Shown piece by piece: positions 1-11,467 of a stretch of DNA of 64,000 nucleotides. Below the pieces are notes generated by a model. That model did no database searches. It worked only from the letters and a program-made list of their open reading frames with translations, and was not told the origin of the DNA. The position numbers were made by a program, and so were the translations under genes. The stretch lies in the NCBI GenBank assembly GCA_002269645.1, contig NIVC01002933.1, forward strand, positions 1-64,000, read 5' to 3'. The first letter of the stretch is position 1. The number at the start of each line of letters is the position of its first letter. This DNA is from Macrostomum lignano (lineage: Eukaryota).

Positions 1-3000
1 CAAGGAGCCGATCTTGGAGTGCGCGTGCCACTGGACCGCTTCCTGGAACACCTGACAGCCGCCGCGAGAGTTTGTGTGAATATCAGGGACTGAACAGCTC
101 GTTCAAACTGAATGTTTTTGATTAGACTAAGCAGGAAATCAATCAAAGCCTGCTTTGATATAAAAATAAAACTTAAACATTAAAAAAAGCATTCCAATCT
201 TCACCTTTTTGTCGCCTCCGCTGGCCTGTACTCCGCATTCTCCAGCGAGCCAATCTTCGGCTTGGCCTCCTTCTGAAATTCCAGCCGCTCGTTGAAGATG
301 GGCTTGTTGCCGCCGCCTGCCAGGTTGAGTTTTGGAGGGTTGAAAATCTAGCTGGAATCGCAGTCGAATGTACATGCTAACTCTGCCTCTTCCGGGCCTC
401 CAGGGTCTATCACGAGAAAGCAGTAAACAAGTGTACAGTAAATCTTGAATTTCCTTCCCTTTTAAAAGTACATTCCAGCTCTGTCCTTTTCAGCCCTATC
501 CCACCGACCCTACCGTTAGCTAGCAGTAAACAAGTGTACAGTAAATCTTGAATTTCCTTCCCTTTTAAACGTACATTCCAGCTCTGTCCTTTCCAGCCCT
601 ATCCCACCGACCCTACCGTTAGCTAGCAGTAAACAAGTGTACAGTAAATCTTGAATTTCCTTCCCTTTTAAACGTACATTTTAGCTCTGTCCTTTTCAGC
701 CCTATCCCACCGACCCTACCGTCAGCTGGCAGTAAACAAGTGTACAGTAAATCTTGAATTTCCTTCCCTTTTAAATGTACATTCCAGCTCTGTCCTTTTC
801 AGCCCTATCCCACCGACCCTACCGTTAGCTAGCAGTAAACAAGTGTACAGTAAATCTTGAATTTCCTTCCCTTTTAAATGTACATTCCAGCTCTGTCCTT
901 TTTCAGCCCTATCCCACCGACCCTACCGTTAGCTAGCAGTAAACAAGTGTACAGTAAATCTTGAATTTCCTTCCCTTTTAAATGTACATTCCAGCTCTGT
1001 CCTTTCCAGCCCTATCCCACCGACCCAACGTTAGCTAGCAGTAAACAAGTGTACAGTAAATCTTGAATTTCCTTCCCTTTTAAACGTACATTCCAGCTCT
1101 GTCCTTTTTCAGCCCTATCCCACCGACCCTACCGTTAGCTAGCAGTAAACAAGTGTACAGTAAATCTTGAATTTCCTTCCCTTTTAAAAGTACATTCCAG
1201 CTCTGTCCTTTTCAGCCCTATCCCACCGACCCTACCGTTAGCTAGCAGTAAACAAGTGTACAGTAAATCTTGAATTTCCTTCCCTTTTAAAAGTACATTC
1301 CAGCTCTGTCCTTTTCAGCCCTATCCCACCGACCCTACCGTTAGCTAGCAGTAAACAAGTGTACAGTAAATCTTGAATTTCCTTCCCTTTTATATGTACA
1401 TTCCAGCTCTGTCCTTTTCAGCCCTATCCCACCGACCCTACCGTTAGCTAGCAGTAAACAAGTGTACAGTAAATCTTGAATTTCTTTCCCTTTTAAATGT
1501 ACATTCCAGCTCTGTCCTTTTCAGCCCTATCCACCGACAATACCGTTAGGTAGCAGTAAACAAGTGTGCATTAAATATTGAATTTCCTTCCCTATCAAAT
1601 GTACATGCCAACCCATTTCTAACCTTTAGCCAAGGACTACTCAAGTAGGACGGGATCGGGAAACTACGTTTCTTAGAAAATGTTAAGGAGGCTGATTTTC
1701 GCCGAAAAATGCACCACGGAGATAGGAAGTTTTCACTTTTTCATTTTAAAATTGTTATTGCCTTCGATAGGAGACAGAACCAATGCTCATCTTTTGATAT
1801 GTTTTGCCTTTCTTATAGCTCTACTGATATTCGTGGAGCTTTTCGTTCAGAAAATTAGGATTCTATTCTATTCTATTAGGAATTTTATTCTCCGGCACGG
1901 CTCGGCGCATTGGTTTTATGAATCTATTCTGTCATTCTTAGCTGACTGTGTAACAATATGTGTAGCAATTATGATAAAATAGATTCATAAAACCAATGAG
2001 TCGAGCTGTGCCATGAATTTTATTATTTAGGTAGAGATGTCCGTAAAATAAAAATTGACATAGAATTCAAATTTTCTAAACGAACTACTCTTTTCCCACC
2101 AGCCATAACTCACCTGGTTGGTAGTCCTGGTTCTCCAGCGATTTAATCTTGCTCTCAGTCTGAAATTCCACTTTTTCGTGGAAAATCTTTCTCTGAAATG
2201 ACAACAAAACGATGTTTAGCTTCGAATTTAACGATTTCTTTTCAAAAGCATTTCAATTTATGCACCATGATAAATTTTTAGCTAGCTTACACTCCCTCCT
2301 CCAGGCTTGTAATCCTCATTGTAGGCATCCACCTTGGGCTGGATCTCCTCACCTCGGGGGGTGACCCCTGCAAGGAAGGCAGATACGGTTCTTTGTTGGA
2401 AGTCCTGGTAAGACTTTAGAGCAGTCTCAAAGCTCCTATTAGGGTCATTTAGTTTATCATGACAATTGAACTGATATCAGATTTGATAAATATTCCAGCG
2501 TACACTCGTATACACTTAAAAAGTGACAAATTAGGCCGAAATGGCAACATGAGAGTTGCCATTTTGAATTTGGGACTCTCACCAGGGTCTGACAGCATGA
2601 GAGTCCCAAATACAGGGTCTGACAGCATGAGAGTCCCAAATACAGGGTCTGACAGCATGAGAGTCTCAAATACCAGGGTCTGACAGCATGAGAGTCCTAA
2701 ATTCCAGGTTCTGACAGCATGAGAGTCCCAAATACAGGGTCTGACAGCATGAGAGTCCCAAATACAGGGTCTGACAGCATGAGAGTCCCAAATACCAGGG
2801 TCTGACAGCATGAGAGTCCTAAATTCCAGGGTCTGACAGCATGAGAGTCCTAAATTCCAGGGTCTGACAGCATGAGAGTCCTAAATTCCAGGGTCTGACA
2901 GCATGAGAGTCCTAAATTCCAGGGTCTGACAGCATGAGAGTCCTAAATTCCAGGGTCTGACAGCATGAGAGTCCCAAATACAGGGTCTGACAGCATGAGA

Positions 3001-4865
3001 GTCCCAAATACAGGGTCTGACAGCATGAGAGTCCCAAATACCAGGGTCTGACAGCATGAGAGTCCTAAATTCCAGGGTCTGACAGCATGAGAGTCCTAAA
3101 TTCCAGGGTCTGACAGCATGAGAGTCCTAAATTCCAGGGTCTGACAGCATGAGAGTCCTAAATTCCAGGGTCTGACAGCATGAGAGTCCTAAATTCCAGG
3201 GTCTGACAGCATGAGAGTCCTAAATTCCAGGGTCTGATAGCATGAGAGTACCAAATACAGGGTCTGACAGCATGAGAGTCCTAAATTCCAGGGTCTGACA
3301 GCATGAGAGTCTCGAATGTCACAGTCTGACAGCATGAGAGTCCCAAATACAGGGTCTGACAGCATGAGAGTACCAAATACAGGGTCTGACAGCATGAGAG
3401 TCTCGAATGTCACAGTCTGACAGCATGAGAGTCCTAAATTCCAGGGTCTGACAGCATGAGAGTCTCGAATGTCACAGTCTGACAGCATGAGAGTCCCAAA
3501 TACAGGGTCTGACAGCATGAGAGTACCAAATACAGGGTCTGACAGCATGAGAGTCTCGAATATCACAGTCTGACAGCATGAGAGTCCTAAATTCCAGGGT
3601 CTGACAGCATGAGAGTCTCGAATGTCACAGTCTGACAGCATGAGAGTCTCGAATGTCACAGTCTGACCGCATTAGAGTCTCGAATGTCACAGTCTGACAG
3701 CATGAGAGTCCCAAATACAGGGTCTGACAGCATGAGAGTCCCAAATACAGGGTCTGACAGCATGAGAGTACCAAATACAGGGTCTGACAGCATGAGAGTC
3801 CCAAATTCCAGGGTCTGACAGCATGAGAGTCCCAAATTCCAGGGTCTGACAGCATGAGAGTCTCGAATGTCACAGTCTGACAGCATGAGAGTACCAAATA
3901 CAGGGTCTGACAGCATGAGGGTCCTAAATTCCAGGGTCTGACAGCATGAGAGTCTCGAATGTCACAGTCTGACAGCATGAGAGTCCTAAATTCCAGGGTC
4001 TGACAGCATGAGAGTCTCGAATGTCACAGTCTGACAGCATGAGAGTCTCGAATGTCACAGTCTGACAGCATGAGAGTCTCGAATGTCACAGTCTGACAGC
4101 ATGAGAGTCCAAATACAGGGTCTGACAGCATGAGAGTCCCAAATTCCAGGGTCTGACAGCATGAGAGTCCCGAATGTCACAGTCTGACAGCATGAGAGTC
4201 CCAAATGCCAGGGTCTGACACAGCAGGGGAGTCCCGAATGTCACAGTCTGACAGCATGAGAGTACCAAATACAGGGTCTGACAGCATGAGAGTCCCAAAT
4301 TCCAGGGTCTGACAGCATGAGAGTCCCAAATTCCAGGGTCTGACAGCATGAGAGTCCCGAATGTCACAGTCTGACAGCATGAGAGTCCCAAATGCCAGGG
4401 TCTGACACAGCAGGGCAGTCCCGAATGTCACAGTCTATCAGCCTGAGAGTCCCAAATTCAAGGGTCTGACAGCATGAGAGTCCCAAATGCCAGGGTCTGA
4501 CACAGCAGGGGAGTCCCAGATTCCCAGATCCCTGGGTCCCGCAGCGCCCCAGATCCCCAGATCCCAGAGTCCCGCAGCGCCCCAGATCCTCAGATCCCAG
4601 GGTCCCGCAGCGCCCCAGATCCTCAGATCCCAAGGTCCCGCAGCGCCCCAGATCCCCAGCTCGGTCCCCGAAGTCCCCAGAGCCGCCGCGGTGCCTCACA
4701 GTCGGCAGGCAGGCCGATGCGCATTCGCTGCCTCGGCGTGTCCTCCTCCTCGGCCATGATCTCCGGGATCGTCCTTCCGAACTCGTCGAAGCTTCTGAAC
4801 TCTCTCCGCCTGAGCTGCTCCTCAGCTCTCAGCCTGCTCAGCGCTCGGGAGCGCCGCTCGGCCAT
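1..4865 (-). CDS. Tau/MAP2-family microtubule-binding-repeat protein, multi-exon, runs off the window edge; apparent 1-nt frameshift near 225
   Basis: Exon 1 is 4865-4700 (ATG in aaatATGG; MAERRSRAL...GLPAD; donor GTGAGG, phase 1). Exon 2 is 2367-2291 (acceptor ccttccttgcag; WVTPRGEEIQPKVDAYNEDYKPGGGS; donor GTAAGC, phase 0). Exon 3 starts at 347 (IFNPPKLNLAGGGNKPIFNERLEFQKEAKPKIGSLENAEYRP, then SGGDKK in the adjacent frame; donor GTGAAG at 204). A further exon in ~89-1 reads GGCQVFQEAVQWHAHSKIGSL. KIGSLxN and (K/R)PGGG are the hallmarks of Tau/MAP tubulin-binding repeats. Confidence 0.75.
421..1560. repeat. 103-bp tandem repeat, ~11 copies, in intron 2 of the Tau-like gene
   Basis: The unit CAGTAAACAAGTGTACAGTAAATCTTGAATTTCC...TTAGCTAG starts at 421, 524, 627, 730, 833, ... 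1452, with a degenerate copy at 1554. Confidence 0.97.
1894..2012. repeat. 34-bp inverted repeat pair around a 51-bp spacer (MITE-like or hairpin)
   Basis: 1894-1927 GGCACGGCTCGGCGCATTGGTTTTATGAATCTAT matches the reverse complement of 1979-2012 with 3 mismatches. Confidence 0.85.
2575..4680. repeat. 29-31-bp minisatellite (~60 copies), grading into a CCCAGATCC-rich repeat; intron 1 of the Tau-like gene
   Basis: A constant core GTCTGACAGCATGAGAGT is followed by a few alternative tails (CCCAAATACAGG, CCTAAATTCCAGG, CTCGAATGTCACA). Confidence 0.97.
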
Positions 4866-6269
4866 ATTTGAGCCGAGTTTGTCCAGTCTCAGCTCAGTTC
4901 GAATCCGATTGGCCTACCCGCCGAGTACACTTGTTCTCCTCTGCTCTCCGCTGCTCTTTATCAGTTGCAATCTTTCATATTAAATAACTCTGTGTTTCTC
5001 TTCTCTGCGTTTTGATGCTTGAAAAAACTGGCGAGCAAAAGGAGCGTCTTGTTGCTTTTGATGCGGCAGCAGTTCACCCCGAGGGGGGGGGGCAGCCAGG
5101 CTGAGAGAGGAGAGTCGGGCAGGCTGGGGAGGTGGGTGAGGGTCGGAGACTGTCGAAGATGGCGTTGGCAACGGCAACAGCCAGAGCTCATTGTGTGCTC
5201 CATCAGCTCAGCCCACAAAGCAGCGCTGCTCACACGGCATCTCGCTCCCTATCTCCCTCTCTCCCTCTCACTTTTCGCAGCTCAAGTGCCCTCCTTGCGT
5301 ACACCTCGCTAGCCCGTTTTGCTCGCTGACAGTCGGGTGCACCGGCCTGCCCGTTGCATCAAATACAAAGAGAAGGAGACGCGTAGAGATATGAAAATTG
5401 CGCTCTGTTTGCACAGAACTGGCAAACTTAAGTGCTCAGTTTATCTAGCGGCACCTAATGGGACTAAAATAATGTCCGAATTTGTCTACTAATAGCGAGT
5501 GTAACAGTAGTGAAAGCCGCGTTTTGGCATCGGATTTTGCAATCTGTCCTGTCCCAAAAATAGTGCAAAGCCCTGAAGCCCAGCACTACTCAGGGCAGAG
5601 CTGAGGCCAGTTGAGAACAGCTGGCCGACCCCGCAGCCACCACCCTGCTCGTGGCAGGGGCTGCAACCGCCGGTCCCCGCGCTCCGCCCCCAGTTTTTGC
5701 AGGGCAAGTTCACTCATGCGAGCAAGGGACTCCCAGCCAAGCTGTTGCTATGCTGTTTCTAAGCCAAATTTCTGCTCAGTTTACTCACTTGAAAGGTTGC
5801 GTCAGCCCTTGCTTTTTATTGCATCTGGGTAAATAAGTTTGGATCGAGGATCGGACCCGCGTGGGGGCCCCGATGTCCTTATGCTGCAACCTATTTTTTT
5901 CCAGGAACTGAAGTCTATTTTAGCTGTTTATTCCTTACAGCCGAAGGTTATTGTCGGTTTGGCATAAGGTCACGCAGACGGCCTCTGCGCGTTCCAAAGC
6001 ACTTCGATTGGAATAACAAAAACTGCAGCCAAAAAGTGCAGCAGAGACTCTTGGACTGGCTTGTGTTAGCCGTGTGCAATTTCGGCTGTCTGTCTGGCTG
6101 GCGCGTTTGGCTGTTCCGCTGCTACGATTGCGAATTCCGGCCTTGCTGATAACGGGATCCGGTATTAATAGCAGGAATTTTGCCAAAACCGGGATCTATT
6201 CCCAAGCACAAAATACATGTTGAGGGGACCATTAAAACATTATTTTTGTCATTTTTTCGCTTATATCAT

Positions 6270-6597
6270 CTCTAACTACCGGCATTTCCAATCCCGGGAT
6301 GCCGGTCTCCAACTACCGGTGTTTCCAATCCCGGGATGCCGGTCTCCAACTACCGGTGTTTCCAATCCCGGGATGCCGGTCTCCAACTACCGGTGTTTCC
6401 AATCCCAGGATGCCGGTCTCCAACTACCGGTGTTTCCAATCCCGGGATGCCGGTCTCCAACTACCGGTGTTTCCAATCCTAGGATGCCGGTCTCCAACTA
6501 CCGGTGTTTCCAATCCAGGATGCCGGTCTCCAACTACCGGTGTTTCCAATCCTAGGATGCCGGTCTCCAACTACCGGCATTCCAATCCCGGGATGCC
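6270..6597. repeat. 37-bp tandem repeat, ~9 copies
   Basis: The unit ATCCCGGGATGCCGGTCTCCAACTACCGGTGTTTCCA occurs at 6291, 6328, etc. Confidence 0.95.
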
Positions 6598-8080
6598 GAT
6601 ATTTTATTCCCTAGATTGCAGACACCGAGACCGCCCCGCAACCATGCAGTTGAGAAGCACCGCCACTGAGACTCACCGGCTGCAGGCGCGTCCGTCGTCT
6701 GAAAATGCAGGGCGCGTTGTTGAAGGCTGGGGTTGAGGCGGAAGAACTGGCCCCGACTGGAAAACTGCGGCTGCGGCTGCTGCTGTATCATTTTCTCTAG
6801 CGGTGAACTGGCTTCGCTAAAGCCCGCATCTGCAGTAGCGGGACCGAGAGAGAACCTGGGAAGCTGCCTAACAGCGGCACAGGAGCTGATGGAATCACTG
6901 CTAAATATGCAAGCTGGCCTGTTTGAGGGCTCATGTTTGCCTATGCAACTGGCTGTGCAACTGACTGAGGCCTGCACCGCCTGCTAGCTATAGTCCTAGC
7001 TATCTTCTGCTGAGATTTGCTGCTATGCAAATAGTAGAGATAGGAGGCTGGAGGCTGATGAGCAGGTGAACTGCTGGGCTTTGCTCACCTGTGAGTTTTC
7101 CGCTTTGGCTGTCCTTGACAAGCTGGTCGAACTCGGCTCTGCGAAAGGTGGCGGCAAGGAGCTCGAATGTTATTCGGATGGCTTAAGAAAAATATGAACT
7201 CAGGATTCTGTGAAAAATGCTAGGGGAGTAGAGGAGGGAAGGAGGAGAGAGAGGGAGGGTATAGAGAGAGGGTATAGAGGAGGGTATAGCAGGAGGATAT
7301 AGGGGGTGTATAGGAGGGTACAGAGGTTGAGCGGCAATAAACAAAATAAAAATAAAACGGCTTGAAACAATCTCAAACGAATGTCAATTTTTAATCATTT
7401 TCAAGCCTCCAGTTTCCATGTCATCCGCAAGCGCAGGCGAGATCAGGGCGCCCCCCACCCCTAACGCCTCCGCAGTGTTTGCGCTGCCATCGAATTTCGA
7501 TTTGTGAAATTCTAACTTGATTAGACTCAGTGACATCTCGCAGGATGTCCCGCAGGAGTGCCGTGTTTACGGCAGCCGAGAGCCCGAAGGACGCGATGAC
7601 AGAGAGACGGACAAATCTAAAAACAGCACTAAAAAGTGCCCAATTTCCCAGCCAGCCGAATTTTGACAACGAGAAAAAAATTCAGACAAAAGGGAGAAAA
7701 TGCTATTAAGCTGCTATTTTTAGTCTGAGTCGCTTTAGAGCTGCTCGGTCTGTCGACAGACCCCAGCGGTCGATGATCCATTGAAGAGGACTGCAATCAC
7801 GTAGCGATTGGGTCTTCCAAAATATCCGCTTCAGGCAACCCGATCCCCACCGCCTGCTGACGTCAGGCAGGGGCAATCAGACCTGAGAGGTGCGCCTAAT
7901 GGGAGCTGGGAGGGGGGGGGCGGGTCGCTGGCCTGAAATTGGAGCAGGACCCGCCCTAAATCCAATTTGAGACTTTAATCTCCGCCCCCGTTTATTTTCC
8001 CCGATTATCCACCATCCCCGCTGCCCCCGAATCACCTGACTTGCCATCCGCCCCCGGCTCTCGGCCGCCTCCGCCCACCT

Positions 8081-10231
8081 CTACTTCGTCAGCCGCTGCA
8101 CAGGAAATTGCATCAGTTGAGGCAGGAGCTGCTTTACGGATATCTTAGAGCATTTGGCGCTGGTTTCTGTACTTTTAGAAGGTCCTTTGCCGGTGCCTGT
8201 ACTTTTAGCAGGTCCTTTGCTGGTTCCTGCACTGTTAGCAGGTCCCTTTCCGGTGCTTGTACTTTTAACAGGTCCTTTGCTGGTGTCTGTACTTTTAGCA
8301 GGTCCTTTGCCGGTGTCTGTACTGTTAGCAGGTCCCTTGCCGGTGCCTGTACTTTTAACAGGTCCTTTGCCGGTGTCTGTACTTTTAGAAGGTCCTTTGC
8401 TGGTTCCTGCACTTTTAGCAGGTCCTTTGCCGGTGTCTGTACTGTTAGCAGGTCCCTTGCCGGTGCCTGTACTTTTAACAGGTCCTTTGCCGGTGTCTGT
8501 ACTTTTAACAGGTCCTTTTCCGGTGTCTGTACTTTTAACAGGTCCTTTTCCGGTGTCTGTACTTTTAACAGGTCCTTTGCCGGTGTCTGTACTGTTAGCA
8601 GGTCCCTTGCCGGTGTCTGTACTTTTAACAGGTCCTTTGCCGGTGTCTGTACTTTTAACAGGTCCTTTTCCGGTGTCTGTACTTTTAACAGGTCCTTTGC
8701 CGGTGTCTGTACTGTTAGCAGGTCCCTTGCCGGTGCCTGTACGTTTAACAGGTCCTTTGCCGGTGTCTGTACTTTTAACAGGTCCTTTTCCGGTGTCTGT
8801 ACTTTTAACAGGTCCTTTGGCGGTGTCTGTACTTTTAGCAGGTCCTTTGCTGGTTCCTGCACTGTTAGAAAGTCCCTTGCCGGTGCTTGTACTTTTAACA
8901 GGTCCTTTTCCGGTGTCTGTACTTTTAGCAGGTCCTTTGCCAGTGTCTGTACTTTTAGAAGGTCCTTTGCTGGTTCCTGCACTTTTAGCAGGTCCTTTGC
9001 TGGTTCCTGAACTGTTAGCAGGTCCCTTGCCGGTGCCTGTACTTTTGACAGGTCCTTTGCTGGTGTCTGTACTTTTAACAGGTCCTTTGCCGGTGTCTGT
9101 ACTTTTAGCAGCAGCCTTGTTGATGCTTGCAGGTCTAGTAGCCGGACTTCTATTGCTAAAAATTTTAGCCACACTCGTGCCAGAGTCTGAGCTGCGGCTG
9201 CTGCTGCCCGTTCTGCTTCTCCCGCCTGCCACGGCAGCCTCCGTCAGCTGCCCCTCAGAGCCACCAAAGCCGCGACGTCCGCCGTTGCCCGACAGGCGCG
9301 TCTGAGAAGGTGCAGCCGATGAGGCTCGGTGGGTCTTCGCTGCGGCAGCGCCTCGGGGACCTGTCACTCCGGCTGGCTGCTGTTTACCGCCTGTCACTCT
9401 GGCTGGCTGCTGTTTACCGCCTGTCACTCCGGCTGGTTGCTGCTTACCGCCTGTCACTCCAGCTGGCTGCTGCTTACCGCCTGTCACTCCGGCTGGCTGC
9501 TGCTTACCGCTTGTCACTCCGGCTGGCTGCTGCTTACCGCCTGTCACTCCAGCTGGCTGCTGTTTACCGCCTGTCACTCCGACTGGCTGCTGCTTACCGC
9601 CTGTCACTCCAGCTGGCTGCTGCTTACCGCCTGTCACTCCGGCTGGCTGCTGCTTACCGCTTGTCACTCCGGCTGGCTGCTGCTTACCGCCTGTCACTCC
9701 AGCTGGCTGCTGCTTACCGCCTGTCACTCCGGCTGGCTGCTGCTTACCGCCTGTCACTCCGGCTGGCTGCTGCTCACCAGCGCCTGTCACTCCAGCCGGT
9801 AGCTGCTCACCAGCGCCTGTCACTCCAGCCGGTAGCTGCTCACCAGCGCCTGTCACTCCAGCCGTTAGCTGCTCACCAGCGCCTGTCACTCCAGCCGGTA
9901 GCTGCTCACCAGCGCCTGTCACTCCAGCCGGTAGCTGCTCACCAGCGCCTGTCACTCCAGCCGGTAGCTGCTCACCAGCGCCTGTCACTCCAGCCGGTAG
10001 CTGCTCACCAGCGCCTGTCACTCCAGCTGGCTGCCGCTTCCCGCCTGTCGCTCCTTTAACCTCCTGGCTCCCAGTGCACTCTTCCACAGTGCTGTCAGAA
10101 TCGCCGCTGACAAGCTGGTGCTGCACGGTCTCTACCGGATCCCAGTTTGGATCTTCAGCAGCCAGCACCGACTGTTCCTGTGCCGCCGCGGCGGGCGGCC
10201 CGGAGCTCACTCCAGTATCCGACGGCTGCAT
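8081..10231 (-). CDS. Putative repeat-rich low-complexity protein (~716 aa from ATG 10231) with three tandem repeat modules
   Basis: One frame stays open through three arrays (33-bp GAGEQLPAGVT x~8; 30-bp GGKQQPAGVT x~14; 30-bp GKGPVKSTDT x~32) and through the unique linkers between them. All units are multiples of 3. No domain was recognised, and it could be one exon of a larger gene. Confidence 0.5.
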   Translation of the reverse strand: MQPSDTGVSSGPPAAAAQEQSVLAAEDPNWDPVETVQHQLVSGDSDSTVEECTGSQEVKGATGGKRQPAGVTGAGEQLPAGVTGAGEQLPAGVTGAGEQLPAGVTGAGEQLPAGVTGAGEQLTAGVTGAGEQLPAGVTGAGEQLPAGVTGAGEQQPAGVTGGKQQPAGVTGGKQQPAGVTGGKQQPAGVTSGKQQPAGVTGGKQQPAGVTGGKQQPVGVTGGKQQPAGVTGGKQQPAGVTSGKQQPAGVTGGKQQPAGVTGGKQQPAGVTGGKQQPARVTGGKQQPAGVTGPRGAAAAKTHRASSAAPSQTRLSGNGGRRGFGGSEGQLTEAAVAGGRSRTGSSSRSSDSGTSVAKIFSNRSPATRPASINKAAAKSTDTGKGPVKSTDTSKGPVKSTGTGKGPANSSGTSKGPAKSAGTSKGPSKSTDTGKGPAKSTDTGKGPVKSTSTGKGLSNSAGTSKGPAKSTDTAKGPVKSTDTGKGPVKSTDTGKGPVKRTGTGKGPANSTDTGKGPVKSTDTGKGPVKSTDTGKGPVKSTDTGKGPANSTDTGKGPVKSTDTGKGPVKSTDTGKGPVKSTDTGKGPVKSTGTGKGPANSTDTGKGPAKSAGTSKGPSKSTDTGKGPVKSTGTGKGPANSTDTGKGPAKSTDTSKGPVKSTSTGKGPANSAGTSKGPAKSTGTGKGPSKSTETSAKCSKISVKQLLPQLMQFPVQRLTK

Positions 10232-10637
10232 GCCGAAAATCAAGTCAGAGATTGACCCCCCTAAGAGCGGCTTCAGAGGTTTTATAGCATTTTAAAACAC
10301 GCATGGCGGCTCCAGTGGGCAGCCAGGGCGGCAAAGATCTATCGAATGTATCGATTTTGGGGGTTGCTAAAATTCAGCCAAGCAACCGGGAGAGCGGCGG
10401 TGCGGTGACCAAAGTAAGCTCAGTGCTGCTCAGCGGGATAAAGGCGGTAAGCTGCAGGACTGCTCCCATGTAGCCTGAACCATTTATGGCCAAATCAAGT
10501 TCCTCGTCAACTGCATTCAAGGCAGCCGAGGTGGTCAGATAATCAATGTAAAAATGCAATACTTTTCCCCATTTCTGAGCCGCCAGGAGAAACCAGAATG
10601 TCGAGCGCTTGAGTTCTTTTGCAGAGCCGTACTGAAT

Positions 10638-11087
<450 letters not shown>

Positions 11088-11467
11088 TCGTTAGTCCTTC
11101 CGTCCGTCCGTTTGTCTGCGCCTCAATGTCTTAGTATCTGTCCCTGTCCCAAAGTCATTTGCTTTGCAGCCAGTGTCCGCCCCCGCACAGCCCTGTCCCG
11201 CGGGCTCTCCCCTCTCTCCCTCGCCCACCCTACACAGCCGTGGGGGCCAATAAGTCGGCCAGCCGGGCTACCAGCAGCTGCAGAACAATGGCAGTCCGCA
11301 ATTGGCAGGGGGAGCGGAGTAGGGGCGGCCCCGCTGCTCGCGAACACATAAGACCACCCGGCGCGGGTATCGCAATGCCGCATCCGCTGCGCTCAGCTTC
11401 CCGTCCTCCGCTTTCTCCCGCCTCTCTTGAGCAGTTCCTCAGAACTCAAGCTATTCAACAATACTCG

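Noticed and set aside
1680-1982. 100-aa hydrophobic ORF
   Set aside because: It is AT-rich sequence antisense within an intron of the Tau-like gene, overlaps an inverted repeat, and shows no codon bias or motif.
2575-4505. CRISPR-like look (constant core plus variable spacer)
   Set aside because: The spacers are only 11-13 nt and are drawn repeatedly from three or four related variants, and the context is a eukaryotic intron with no cas genes. It is a minisatellite.
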